From the NCBI RefSeq assembly GCF_018977255.1, contig NW_024704742.1:69132001-69196000 (forward strand): a stretch of 64,000 bases of DNA. The letters run 5' to 3'. This document shows positions 1 to 12,385 of this stretch, in pieces; position 1 is the stretch's first letter; every line of letters starts with the position of its first letter. The position numbers and the translations under genes are program-made. Below the pieces are notes generated by a model. It did no database searches. It was not told the DNA's origin and saw nothing but the letters and a program-made list of their open reading frames with translations. The stretch is from Callorhinchus milii. Taxonomy: Eukaryota.

Positions 1-760
1 CTAGTTTTTCAGCTGCATCTGGCGTAAGGTACGGTCAGAGGCACGCAATGTGGCAGAGGTGGAGGAAGGCGGCCCTGGTTCGGGGCCAAATGTGGGGAAA
101 GAAGATAGCTTTTTGGCAAGTCTGAGGATAGACCGGGGAGATTGAGGGCGTCAGAGCCACAGAAGTCGTTGATGGGAGCCAAGGAATATGATTTCTGTCA
201 AGTTGACATATAGTTGCAAGAAATTTGCTCTCATCCGAGCCCCGATGTCAGCCAGACAAGCTGATAGAACATCGGCGGACCTGGAGTCGCAGGTAGAGAA
301 GTAGATTTGTGTGACATCTGCACACCTGTGGAAGTTTATACCATGTCTGCAGATAATAATAATACTTGCATTTGATAATAGCACTTTTCACGTCGGGAGG
401 ACGTCCCAAAGCGCTTCACAGAACACACTGTAAAGTGAATTGACTGTATATTTGTGGGCGAATGCGGCAGCCAATTGCGCACAGCAATGTCCCACAAACA
501 GTCGTAGATTGAAAATGACCAATTTATTATTGTTTTGGGTTTTGGAGGGATTATTATTAGGCTCTGTGTGGAGTAAGGAAACTTGCCCAAGGTTTCGCCC
601 TCTGCCTGGAATTGAACTCAGGTCTCTCACTTGCAAAGCGAGTGCTCTAACCACTGAGCTACAGGACTCCACAGATGACATCACCAAAGAGGGAACATGT
701 AGATGAGGAAGAGGAGGGGGCCAAGGTTGAAGCCCTAGGGTACACCACAGATACTATATA
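1..760 (-). mobile_element. L2 LINE fragment (RT region), split by a SINE at 355-672
   Basis: Minus-strand translation RHGINFHRCADVTQIY...LSACLADIGARMRANFLQL matches the L2 RT at 55235-55960. The sequence resumes at 673 after the SINE. Confidence 0.85.
355..672 (-). mobile_element. Young full-length tRNA-derived SINE (short subfamily)
   Basis: tRNA-like head with A/B boxes and a (TTA)n tail. AGAT is duplicated at 351-354 and 673-676. Near-identical to the copies at 18737, 24822 and 50486. Confidence 0.95.
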
Positions 761-929
761 AATGTTGTTATTGTTCTTTACAGGAGAAACTGAAGTATTT
801 TGATATGTTTTGAAGTTTTGTTATCGGATGCTACTTTAGTTGCCATAAAGCAAATAGTAAAATGTTAGGCCTTTTTTGAGTTAGAGAAGAGGCATTTGTG
901 TGTGGGGGGTGGCAGGCTAAGAGACTATG

Positions 930-1502
930 TAATGTGTAGTATTTAAAATTATAAAAGGGTTTGATAAGTTTAACATAAATAGTCTGGTTGGGCAGTCTGT
1001 AACCAGGGCCACAAATATAAGATAGCGACTCAGGAGATCTAAAAAAGAATTTAGCAGGAGCTACTTCAATAATAATAATAATAATCCTTGCATTTGATAT
1101 AGCGCTTTTCACGTCTTCTACACGTCCCAAAGCGCTTCACAGAACAGACTGTAAAGTGAATTGACTGTATATTTGTGGGCGAACGCGGCAGCCAATTGCG
1201 CACAGCAATGTCCCACAAACAGTCGAAGATTGAAAATGACCAATTTATTATTGGTTTTTTTGGTTTTGGAGGGATTATTATTCACCCAGAGGGTAGTGAG
1301 ATTGTGAAACTCGCTGCCTGAATCAGTGGTCGAATCAGAGAGTGCAGATGCTTTCAAGAGAAAGCTAGACCCTCACATGAGGGAGAGGAGAATAGGAGGG
1401 TATGGGAGGGGGTAAGGTGTGGGTGAAGACTTGTATTGAGTATAAACACAGCACGGACTGGTTGGGCTGAGTGACCTGTTTCCGTACTGAAAATTCTTTG
1501 TG
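930..1502 (+). mobile_element. CR1 LINE 3' fragment, interrupted by a 5'-truncated SINE (1069-1281, minus strand)
   Basis: CR1-type ORF2 C-terminal and 3' UTR sequence (ttcacccagagggtagtgagattgtg...gggctgagtgacctgtttccgtactg). A related copy lies on the minus strand at ~49150-49420. Confidence 0.75.
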
Positions 1503-2769
1503 GTTGCAGTGTCTACATATGGTGATGTTTCCCACATCACAGCAACTCTGTAATATTGATTTGAATCTACTATTTTAAACAAGCTTAGAATATGTGCGAA
1601 GGGTTAACATTAAAATCAGTAAAAGTAGGTTTTTAAATGATATATAAAACTGTTCCCACGATCACTGCTGTTTAGATAACTTGGTCAGAGTTGGTTGCAG
1701 GACTTTGCCAGGTAGAAAGTTTAACATGACTCCAGTGATGCAATCGGGTGAAACTTCACTCCACAGTTTGTGCTGAAAGCTTGCCTCCGTTGGGGATACA
1801 TTTTCAACTGTGCACTGTGAGTTAAATTTGATGGTGGGTTTGCAACAAGAACTCTGTATGTTTTATAATTAAGACAAATATAATGATACATAGAATGTAA
1901 TACAATGCAGAAGTAATAGTTTTTCATCTTTTTTATTAGGGAGTAAATGTCCAGTAACTCAAATAATAATCGTTGTATTTAATATAGCACCTTATCACAT
2001 CGTAGAAATGTCTCAAACTGCTTCAAAGATTTTACTGTAAAGTGTAAGAGAATAGGCAGCCAGTTTGCAATGTCCCACAAACAACCATGAGATCATTTAT
2101 ATCCACCTGAATAGTCAGGTGGGACCTTGGTTTACTGTCAAATGTCCCACAAGCAGCCATAAAGTGAATGACCAATTTTATATGGGGGATTGTTGGTGCA
2201 CCTGGAGAAACTTGCTTCTCTTTTCAGTTAGTATTCTGTCTTGGGATCTTTAATATCCCTCAAAATAAGCAGATGGGACCTCAGTATAATGGCTCATGAG
2301 AAGGATGGTCCTCTCACAATGCATCTCTATACTCACAAATGCATTTTGCGTCTGCAGTGCGAAAGATAAAAATGTTAAAAATGAGCAACTGATACCTGAA
2401 CATTTTGGAGCTGTGAAAGGTTTATTGACATTTTCTTCCATTGAGCAAAAGAAAGTTTGCTTCAAAGAACCAGGGCTTTAGAGGCGTTATCTGAATTCAG
2501 TGAACAAAATAAAAAGGATATATGAAAGGAGAATCTGGACATTTGACTTACTAAAACAGTGGGGTCAGACTCCACCATTGTTAAGCTCTCCGGGATGCTA
2601 TCCAGCGTGAAGGACGCTATATAAATGCAAGTTGTTATTGTAAAACATTTGTGTGTTTGAGAAGAGAGGGGGAATAAAGATTGATTGTGAGGAAATGGGA
2701 AGCTATTTTCAAACTAGGCATGAATAAAATTGACAAATTATTTAATCAAACAGTTTAGTGTTTACGTTT

Positions 2770-3363
2770 CAAACACTGGCAGTATCAACCTCCATAGTTG
2801 CACACTACAACTCACCGCCAGTCAGGAACCCAGGTGTCTTGTTCGACCCTCAACTGTCTTTTCTCCCCACATTCAAGCCATGACCCGCTCTGACTTCCCT
2901 CACTTCCGTAACATCACCCGACTCCGCCACTACCTCACCCCTCAGGCCGCTGAAACTCTTGTTCATGCCTTCATCACCACCAGGTTCGACTATGCAAACG
3001 CTATGCTTATCACCCTACCTCTGCGACCTCCTAACCCCCTACCAACCCGCCCGTTTCCTCCGCTCAGCCGGCTCCGGCCTGCTCCACGTCCCCGACCCAC
3101 CCGCCCCACCATTGGCGGGAGAGCCTTCAGCCACTGCCCCCAACCTCTGGAATTCCATCCCCCAGTCACTCCGCCTCGGCCCCTCCTTAGCCTCCTTCAA
3201 GTCTTGCCTCAAGACCCTCCTCTTCGACTATACCATTGGTCACCCCCCCTTCCCTTCCACCCCCATGACCCCAGCTCGGGTCTGAAATGCTGTACACTGT
3301 CCAGCGCCTTGGGACATCCTTCCGACGTGAAAGGCACTATACAAATGTAATCTTGTTGTTGTT
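2770..3363 (+). mobile_element. L2 LINE 3' fragment with internal deletion
   Basis: Translation RHYLTPQAAETLVHAFITTRFDYAN and APNLWNSIP, followed by the L2 tail ...gtgaaaggcactatacaaat and (TTG)n. Confidence 0.85.
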
Positions 3364-5497
3364 CAAATGAGATTGGACATTGCTAGAAATTTTCTTTTTT
3401 GCCCCTTTCAGAATAATAACAATTGCAGCAGAGAGTATGATATCTGCTTGACTGGCCCCTTTGTCAGTATGAAAATAGTGTGAGTGGAAGGGAGATATAT
3501 TTTTGATTGTTTCCATTGAGAAATAAGATACAGAAGTCCCTAAACTATTTGATTTTAAACATACGTTGCCAATAAAATGACCTCGTCACCCAAGTCTTAA
3601 TAGGAATTTTATTTTATTTTTTAATTCAGCAAGTGTAAACTCGACTTTGTTCAACGTTATCTTTCTATTGTTTTGTTTGTTCAACTCTGAGGCTTTCTAT
3701 CATCTGTAGAAAGCTGCCCTCAATCAGTAGTGTTTTTTAAAAAAAACTCCTTAGGTAAACTCAGAAGTACTACAAAGAAAGACAGTTAATTACAGCACAG
3801 AAATGGGCCATTTGACTGATCAAGTCACTGTCATGTCTTTTTTCCCTGAGTGTATGTAACCCTGCTTGCTCTTCTTACTTTTTAATATTTATCCTCCTCA
3901 AACATCTATTGAATTTGCTTTTAAAATAATTTATGGATTCTGCCTCACCAGCAGTATCGTGGCAACACAACTCTCCACTGTATTGTACCTAAAGGAGGAG
4001 TTTAGGAGAACCGTGATATGACTGAGTTCCTCAGCTGAAGTACAATCCACCCTCCTGATTTTTTTTTAATCCATTTACATGAAGCTTCTGAGGGAAACTT
4101 CTTCAAAATTGTGCGGCAATACACAGAGGTAATTGAGTTGAGTGCAGGCATGTATTGTCTAGCGATCCCTGGCAGCTTTCTATGACCAGTGGGGCACTAC
4201 ATGATATCCATTTGTTCGCAACACTTGACAGCATTATATTTATCCCAAAGTATTAGATTGGACAGTGACCCATTTTCCTAATCTACTTTGAAAATGTTTC
4301 CTTTATTGGTTACCTCAGAAACATTGAAGCCTTGAAAAATGGAAAAATAAAATCATATCATAATGCACGTTCTAATCTATTTTAAACTTCGTTTTGAAAT
4401 AACTTGGCCTTTGGGGCAGTAAAAAAAAAAGACCCCTTTATCGTCAAACAGTTTCAATGTGAGTTTCATGGGACGCAGTGCACAAAATTATTGTTTAAAC
4501 ATTTCTAGCATTAAATTAAAACATAGAGAATAAACCCTCACATCTGATGGACCACATCTCCCCAAATTATAATGCAACAAAGAATAAGCTTGCATTTTGA
4601 ATATTAACTTCAAAACATCTTGAAGTACTTCACAGAGAATTCCTGGCAAGTGTAGTAACTATTTATGGATATCTTGCATCTATATAGTGTAGTGCCTTGT
4701 GTATAAACAAAATACAAATCCCTTTATGAGCTACAATTAATTAGAAATGAAGAGAATGTTTCTGCAAGCACAACTTCCTGTTTCAACCAGTAAATCATAA
4801 CATATCCTGAATCAAAGCATATCGGGTGGTTTTGTTTGAGGTCGATGGCACGTAAAGTTATTTTGCATCTAAAGTTCTTCAGCGACTGGTTCAAGTAGTT
4901 GTAGGTGGTTGTTGGGATCACAGTGGATTGCTCCAGTTGGCAAGTTAGCACTATAATAGGCTCGGAGCATCAGTCTGAACCCTTTGGCTGCTGAGGGCCT
5001 GATGCCCTGTTTGAGAAACGCCAGCGGGCGGCCTAAGCAATATTTTTGTGTTTCTCTTCCAGAAACATACCATTTAAACAGCACTTGACACTGTTGCATG
5101 GCCACCTGAGCTGGGGTGTAAGCTGAGGGAGGTGGAGGGGAAAAGATGACTGAAAGTGCAGTCAAAGAGTTAGGTCTTGATTTGCCTTGGAAGAGAGGAG
5201 TGGGGGGGGAATGAGTCTGAGGGACGCCAGGAATGGAATTCCAGAGAACAAAATGGCGATGATGGGGCAGATGGGTGAGTGGGTGGGTGGGAGCTTGTTT
5301 CCTCAGCAAAGGAAATGGTTTAGTTGGGGATTTGCAGTGGGTAGGAGGGTGGGGTTGGAAGGATGCAGAGAGGTTTTTCACTGGGGAAAGAGAAGCGCTC
5401 TGTGTCCGTCCTCGTTTCCCCCCGCGGCGGCCGAGGGAGGTTCACGATAGTCTCTCCTGACAGTGAACCACAAAATCCTGCCCTCACTTACCCTCCC

Positions 5498-6866
5498 TCT
5501 CCTCATTCTCTCACTCATTCTCTCTCTCCCTCATTCTCTCTCTCTCTCCCTCATTCTCTCTCCCTCATTCTCCCTCTCTCTCCCTCATTCTCTCTCTCTC
5601 TCCCCCTCATTCTCCCTCTCTCTCCCTCATTCTCCCTCTCTCTCCCTCATTCTCTCTCTCCCTCATTCTCTCTCTCCCCCTCATTCTCTCCCTCATTCTT
5701 CCTCTCTCTCCCTCATTCTCTCCCTCCCTCCCTCCCTCATTCTCTCTCTCTCCCCCTCATTCTCTCCCCCTCATTCTCTCTCCCTCATTCTCTCTCTCCC
5801 CCTCATTCTCTCCCTCATTCTCCCTCTCTCTCCCTCATTCTCCCTCTCTCTCCCTCATTCTCTCTCTCCCTCATTCTCTCTCTCCCCCTCATTCTCTCCC
5901 TCATTCTCTCTCTCTCTCCCTCATTCTCTCTCCCTCTCTCTCCCTCATTCTCTCTCTCCCCCTGTCTCTCTCTCTCCCACATTCTCTCTCTCCCCTCATC
6001 TCTCCCACATTCTCTCTCTCCCCTCATCTCTCCCACATTCTCTCTCTCTCCCTCATTCTCTCTCTCCCTCATTCTCTCTCCCTCATTCTCTCTCCCTCAT
6101 TCTCTCTCTCCCTCATTCTCTCTCTCTCCCTCATTCTCTCTCTCCCCCTAATTCTCTCCCTCATTCTCCCTCTCTCCCCCTCATTCTCTCCCTCATTCTC
6201 TCTCTCTCTCCCTCCCTCATTCTCTCTCTCCCTCCCTCATTCTCTCTCTCCCTCCCTCATTCTCTCCCTCCCTCCCTCCCTCATTCTCTCCCTCTCTCCC
6301 TCCCTCCCTCCCTCCCTCATTCTCTCTCTCTCCCCCTCATTCTCTCTCCCTCATTCTCCCTCTCTCCCTCATTCTCTCTCTCTCCCTCCATCATTCTCCC
6401 TCTCTCCCTCCCTCATTCTCTCTCTCTCCCTATTCCCTCATTCTCTCTCTCTCCCTCCCTCATTCTCTCTCTCCCTCCCTCCCTCATTCTCTCTCTCTCT
6501 CTCTCCCTCACTCTCTCTTCCTCATTCTCTCTCTCTCTTCCTCTCTCTCTCCCTCACTCTCTCTCCCTCCCTCGTTCGCTCCCTCCCTCGTTCGCTCCCC
6601 CTCGTTCACTCCCCCTCTCCCCCTCCTCGTTCGCACCCTCTTCCCGCCCCTCCTCGTTCGCCCCCTCTTCCCGCCCCGCCCCCGTTCACACCCTCTTTCT
6701 CCTCCCCCTCCCCCTCGTTGGCACCCCCTCTCCCCCCCCCTCATTCGCACCCTCTTTCCCCACCCCTCATTTGCACCCTCTAACTCCTCTCCCTCCCCCC
6801 CGTTCGCACCCTCTCTCCCCTCCCCGTTCGCATCCTCTCTACCCCACCCCCTCTCTCTCTCTCTCT
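5498..6866 (+). repeat. ~1.4-kb pyrimidine-rich tandem array, CTCATT(CT)n unit grading into CTCGTTCGC-type units
   Basis: Directly visible. It explains the low-complexity S/L/P/H ORFs at 5363-6884. Confidence 0.97.
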
Positions 6867-6972
6867 GAAAAGAATGCTTTGTAGAGTCACCTTCTCATAA
6901 GATGTCTGTATTTGCTGGGAGGAGTTTGTTTTCTGCATCGCATAATATCACTGTGGGTCTCTTCATTCGCAG

Positions 6973-7102
6973 GTCATTGATAATTATCAGCACGTTGGAC
7001 GGACATATTGCTGCACTCGATCCGGAGGATCACGGAAGCAAACGGTGGGAGCTGGATATGGGCACAGGCTCCCTGGTTTCCTCTAGCCTCAGCAAGCCTG
7101 AG
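6973..7102 (+). CDS. EIF2AK3: EIF2AK3 (PERK) exon 2
   Basis: AG/GT bounded, 130 bp. Encodes [43 protein letters not shown], the start of the PERK lumenal domain. Confidence 0.96.
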
Positions 7103-8267
7103 GTAAGAGACTAATGTTGTTTACGTTCAATCCATGGCATTACTTGTATTGTGGATTGTACAGTAGCTTAGAGAGTGTTTGAGTTACAGGACTCATAGAG
7201 CCATTCACCCTCCTAAGCTGGGCTGGCTCATCAACTGGACTCACTTTGGTCCTGTTCACTGCTCTTTTGTCGTATTGTTTAATATTTTTCTTTGACTGTT
7301 TTATCTACTCCGATGGTGTACTGGTTAGTGCTGCAGCTAATGGACCAGTCGCTCGAATTTGCTTTGGTCTGCACTGAAGTTTTGGAGAAGACACGCTGCC
7401 AATTTTAAATGGAGGAGGTGCAATATCTGAACCGATGGGTTGTCAATGAGTCCATGCAGAAGTTACCACTGTCTTAAAACTGCACCAAACTTGTCAAAAT
7501 TCCAGAATATATCGGAGGAAAAAGTCCATTGATTTGACTTAATTTAAGTTCTCTAGTTTATTTTTGGACATTCCTGGACATTTTGTCCAGCCGGTTTTTA
7601 CCTCGAGGCCTTGTTTATTGTGCCCATGAGAAGTTAAAATAGTTTGTGCCCATGAGAGTGTATGAAATTTTGTCTAACGTCCAAGATGGGGACTGGGTGC
7701 TATGTGGCTTTTGTGTGCTGTCCTTGCACTGGCTGTAGTACAGATGTCTTCAACTGATAATCAAGCACTGCATGACAAGGCTTGCTTTCATTGTGCAGCA
7801 TGTACATATTCCAAGATCCTGTCTTCCTGTATAATTGTGTTGAAGATCATATGACACCGTTTGAAAAAGAGCAGTAACATGGCCAACAATACATAAACCA
7901 TTCACGTGTCTTATTGTATTTTCCGAGGGCTTTGCTGGTGTAGATTAACAGCTACGTAACAGCGTTTTGAATTGATGCAATGTGCTAGCTCAAATTCAAG
8001 AGCCAGGAGGCTATAGGGAAGGTGGGCTGTGGACAGGAACATGGTAGCAATGCTCTCACACATATCATGCTGAGATGTGTTGCCCACGACAAGCTCGCAG
8101 GGAGTTCTTGCTACCTACCATCCACCTAGTGAGGGCTCAGATCCGTGCTTATTGGATGTTGAATGACCAACTAGTGACTACCCTTCTTGGTTTGGGGCGT
8201 GGGGGTGGTTAAGCGTGGTCTCCTTGGAGCATGAACAGACTCCGAGGTGACGTGTTTGTCAATGTAA

Positions 8268-8500
8268 TGTCTGAATCGAGCCAACCCTCTGTGGCTGTCT
8301 CTAGTCTGGTTCCTGAACCAGGTGGGTCCGCAGTATTCCAGGGCACTGCTGGTGATGACACAGCCAGCCTCACTCAACAGCAGGGGTTGGAAGGGCAGAC
8401 CAGTCACTGGGGGCAGGGATTCTTCCCACTCAGCTCCAGTTAACACTGCAAGGCAAAGCCCTAACGGCTAGGGTGGTCCTAGCTGGATAAGCAACGGGCG
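8268..8500 (+). repeat. Unclassified interspersed repeat, 5' part
   Basis: Shares gtccgcagtattccagggcactgctg...gaagggcagaccagtcactg...aaagccctaac with copies at ~42155, 59083 and 61840. Confidence 0.85.
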
Positions 8501-9215
8501 CTGTCTGTTGCACAGTTGTAGAAATTATAGCAGAGAAGTCACTTCACCCCATGGATCAACTTTCCACCTTCTAAAATATCACAAACTTTTGCATCATCTG
8601 GTCACCACCAATGTCTTAACACTGAACTATTTTCCCTACTTTAAATGAGATGCCTTCTGTTAATGAGTAAAATAAATCCATTCCCATTTGGAACATTCAG
8701 GTCACTTCACGGTTCAAATAATGAAGCAATTTTTGCCCTGTTTTACTGCTGTTAGTTGAATACATCAATATCTTAAGTGCTTTCTCGGCGTGTTGCTATT
8801 TGAGCTATCAGGTCACAACCACTCTCCGTATGTAGGGGTGTTAACTATGTATATATTTGTTTCTGCCAATGAAATGTTTAGAAAAGAAATGATGGGGGAA
8901 GTCCACTCTAACTGAACAAAGGGATTTTGTGGTGGATGTGCTGGCGGTGTGTTGATCACGCTTGCCAATCTCAGCAGTTACACAAAACTATTATTGAAGT
9001 GGTGCAGAAATGAATGTTGCATTGATGCCAAATATGTGGTGTGATTGTGGCGTAAGCATTCACATGTTTTTTATGGTATCAGATTAGGGGAAAACAAACA
9101 GCTTAACCAGCAAGTGGAATTGAAAACCAACCACTTTATCTGGCATTTAATCTTTCCTGTTTGGGTACGGCTCTTTTAGTTTATGGCTGTGGCTACAAAC
9201 AAACCTTTACATGGA

Positions 9216-9561
9216 GTGTAGTTCTGTCGCTCAGTGGTTAGAGATCTCGCCTCGCAAGTGAGAGGCAACAGTCGAAACTTTGGGCAAATTTCCTTACTCC
9301 ACATGTCTTTGTTTACCTAGCAGTAAGTAGGAACCCGGTTGCTTAGTCGATTGGAGGATCACTTTTCTGGGAGTAGTAATTCCTTCAAAAAAATAATGAA
9401 TTGGTCACTTCAATCCATGACTGTTTGTGGGACACTGCTGTGCGCAATTGTCTGTCGTGTTTCGCCCACAAAATAAACAGGCAATTCACTTTACAGTATA
9501 TTCTGTGAAGCGCTTTGAGACGTCGCAAAGGCGCTATATCAAATGCAAGGATTATTATTAT
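9216..9561 (+). mobile_element. tRNA-derived SINE (long subfamily)
   Basis: tRNA head, the internal segment tttacctagcagtaagtaggaacccggttg, a Deu-like block and a (TTA)n tail. Confidence 0.9.
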
Positions 9562-9649
9562 ATTTACCAATGCTTAGTATAGACCTTGCCTCCAAGAAAG
9601 CGAAGACTGATCTATAACCTCCTACACCACATCTTAATATTGGTCACTG

Positions 9650-9930
9650 GAAACAGGGATTCGTCCCACCTAGTTCCAGCAAGCCAAAGCCCTAATGGAT
9701 AGGATAATCTGAGCTGGACAAGCAGCAGCAAGCTTGCTAAACAGTGGTTTCAGTGACAAGCTGTGTATTTTTAGCTGGCTATATTCCAACAGGATGTGCA
9801 CCCTCTTGGTCCCCGAAATGTAGGCTTGTGCCAACCTGTGCCTAATACTCTCCGGAATTAGTTAAGCAGTGTGTGTCCCTCCGGAGGAAGAGCATGTATT
9901 TCATTCCAGACACAGGAAATTTCAAAGGAA
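9650..9930 (+). repeat. Unclassified interspersed repeat, diverged middle part
   Basis: aagccaaagccctaatgg...gctggacaagcagcag...gtgcctaatactctccggaattagttaagcag matches the copies at 59083 and 61840. Confidence 0.7.
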
Positions 9931-10411
9931 CTCTTAGCCTTTTTTGGATGCTCTGTGTGGTGTGATGGGTTTCCAATTGTGCCAGACACCTGTTTGACCA
10001 AAACATAGTCTTACAACAACTATTAAGGTGGTTGGTGAGGGTGTGTGGAGGAAAGAAGGGAAGGGTGAGGTATTAATTTGGATTCTTCTTTGTTTGAAGC
10101 AATGTTTTCTGTTGGCAATACTGCAAGTTGAATGCAACCAGTGTTTTCTTGGCAGCCTTGTTACATTTACAGGCTTATGTAGTTGTAAAGGCAGTTCTTA
10201 GGAGACAAATGCGAGCTTGCCTTGGTAAACCACTTGTTCCCAGGCTAGGAGGTTATGGGTTCATGTTGGGTCTTGAGCCCTCATACTCCAAGGCAGTGCT
10301 CAGGGAGCCCTGTGTTACTGAAGATGTTGTCTGCTGATTGAGACATTGATGTGGGTTACCATCTGCCTTTCTTCTGTTGTCAAAGACCCAGAATATTTTA
10401 TTTAATTCTTA

Positions 10412-10845
10412 CATTTGATAAAGTGCCTTATTGTTTCTTCACTGTCTCAAAGCACCTCACAGGATTTTACTGTCGTGTTGTGACCATGTATTTGTAGATG
10501 AACGCAGCAACCAATTTCCGCACAGTGATATCCTGCAAACAGCCATGAAGTGAATGATCAATTTTATTTAGGGGATTGTTGTCCAGTACACAGGGAGAGA
10601 TTCCCAACTTCCTTTGAGTTGTGCCATGGGATTTTTAACATCCACCTGAGTACCCAGATGGGGCTTCGGTTTAATGTCTCATTTGAAGAACAATACCTTG
10701 GACAGTGCAGCCCTCCCACCCGAGCACTGTGTCAGTGCATTCATTCAGCGTCGGCCTGACCCGAGTTCAAACCTCTATTGTGGGCTGATCCCATAACCTT
10801 CTGACTCAGAGGTGGGAGTGCTACCAATTGAGCTATGGCTGACAC
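10412..10845 (-). mobile_element. Older Deu-domain-type SINE
   Basis: Reverse complement of the head gtgtcagcc...ctcaattggtagcactc...tctgagtcagaaggtt, followed by the Deu-like body taaagatcccatggcac and an L2-type tail. Confidence 0.8.
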
Positions 10846-11939
10846 CACACATCTCTGGCCAATGATCCTCTAGATAAACCGTTCATTCCCCTTGTGACCC
10901 TCTGGGAGAGCTTGCTATGCACACATTTGACTGAGTTTGTCACAAAAAGTCTCTGCACTCGACCATAATTACTCATATATGCTTTGAGAGATTTTGATAT
11001 ATGTTTTGAGACATCTTTTATAGACAAGATGCTATAAAAGTGGTCTTTTCTCAGTGTAACAAACAAGCAGTTCAGTAGTGAAGATTAACTACTCAGCATT
11101 TGGTGTTTAATGTTTACCCTCGAGTTTTGGTCTGACCGGGTCTTGCCCGATGCTGAAAGGGAAAACTGTTCTTTTCTAATGCTCTCTTTGGCAGGGTATA
11201 TGGTTAACTCAAGCCATGAGCAGAAGTTTGTGGCTGGCATAGCTCAGATCAGGAAGCGAGTGGAGAATACAACATTCTGCCCCATGGTGCTGTGTGCTCA
11301 AGTTCAGCCCTCATCGCTGCTTCCTTGGTCCAACGGATTTAACTGTTGAGACTTTAATGCTGACTTCATTTTGTTTTACAATCGGCAATCCCGTTGAAGA
11401 ACCTCAGGGTCCCGAAGTTCTCAAATTTAAACTCGTATGGAATTTTTGAAACTTAATTTAAATTTAGATTTAGCTTGCAAGTCATTTTTCTGCAGTACAC
11501 CAAAAAGAACTGTGAAAGAGACTGATATTCCCAGTTGCAAATATCTTGCAAATTTCCACACAAACTTTAAATTTAACGACGATGATCTTAAGACCACCCT
11601 CATCTGCGTGTCTAACCTTCCTGGCATGCATGGCTCCCAAAAGGTTGGACATGTGCTTTCAGCGCCTTAGGACATCCTCTCGATGCGAAAGGCGCTATGT
11701 AAATTGTATTGTAACCTACAAGTGCATAATACCGCAGTTGGCAATTTCAGACTTTTATGTGTGTAACTGCTCACTTCCTCAGCCCTGTTCTTTGTTCTAC
11801 TGCAACATTTATCCACGAGTACACGTGGCACCTATATCTTTTTGTTCTGTTGCTGCCAGAGACAATCTGGTGTTGACTAGTCTACAGTGAAACCCTTATC
11901 TTAACACTATGTTTGTATGCCACTTTCATAATATAGTAA

Positions 11940-12385
11940 TGATCCTCATATATAATATGGTGCCTAAAATGTTAAACATCTCAAAGCACTTTACAAAGTT
12001 TCTGTAAGGTGTAGTGACTGTTTCTTGGTGAAGGTGGCAGGAAATTTACACATAGCAATGTCCACCACCCATGGTGTAATTGATAATTTTACCCGGACGA
12101 TTGTTGGTCAGGACAGGAGGAGAATCTCCTTTCTTTTTGAATAGTGTCGTGGAATCTTTACCGTCCACCTGAACAAGCAGATCAGATCTCAGTTTAATAT
12201 CTTCATAGGAGCATCAGACTAGATTATGAGCTCAAAGAACAAAAACAGCAACTTGCATTTATACAGCGCCCCTCACACAGATTAGCGTCCCAGAGCGCTT
12301 GAAGTCCAAATGTGGGACTTGAATGTGGGACTTGAACCTTCTGACTCAAAGGTGAGGGTGCTACCCATTGAGCCAGGCTAACACC
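11940..12385 (-). mobile_element. Older Deu-domain-type SINE, fragmented
   Basis: Same head and body motifs as 10412-10845, with an internal L2-tail fragment. Confidence 0.65.

Noticed and set aside
388..706. Repeated ~95-aa ORFs (MESCSSVVRALAL... / MTVYLWANAAAN...) as a small-protein family
   Set aside because: They are chance translations of the young SINE on both strands, mostly with non-ATG starts.
4970..5048. Segment similar to 44905-44985 (aacc(c/t)tttggctgctgaggg...tttgagaaac)
   Set aside because: Probably old hAT-like transposon ends. Too short and diverged to define.
5395..5455. Short CpG-rich patch as PERK exon 1 or promoter
   Set aside because: No signal-peptide ORF or suitable donor. 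Exon 1 is probably upstream of the window.
5363..6884. 262-aa and 473-aa ORFs
   Set aside because: Stop-poor CT tandem repeat with no coding signal.
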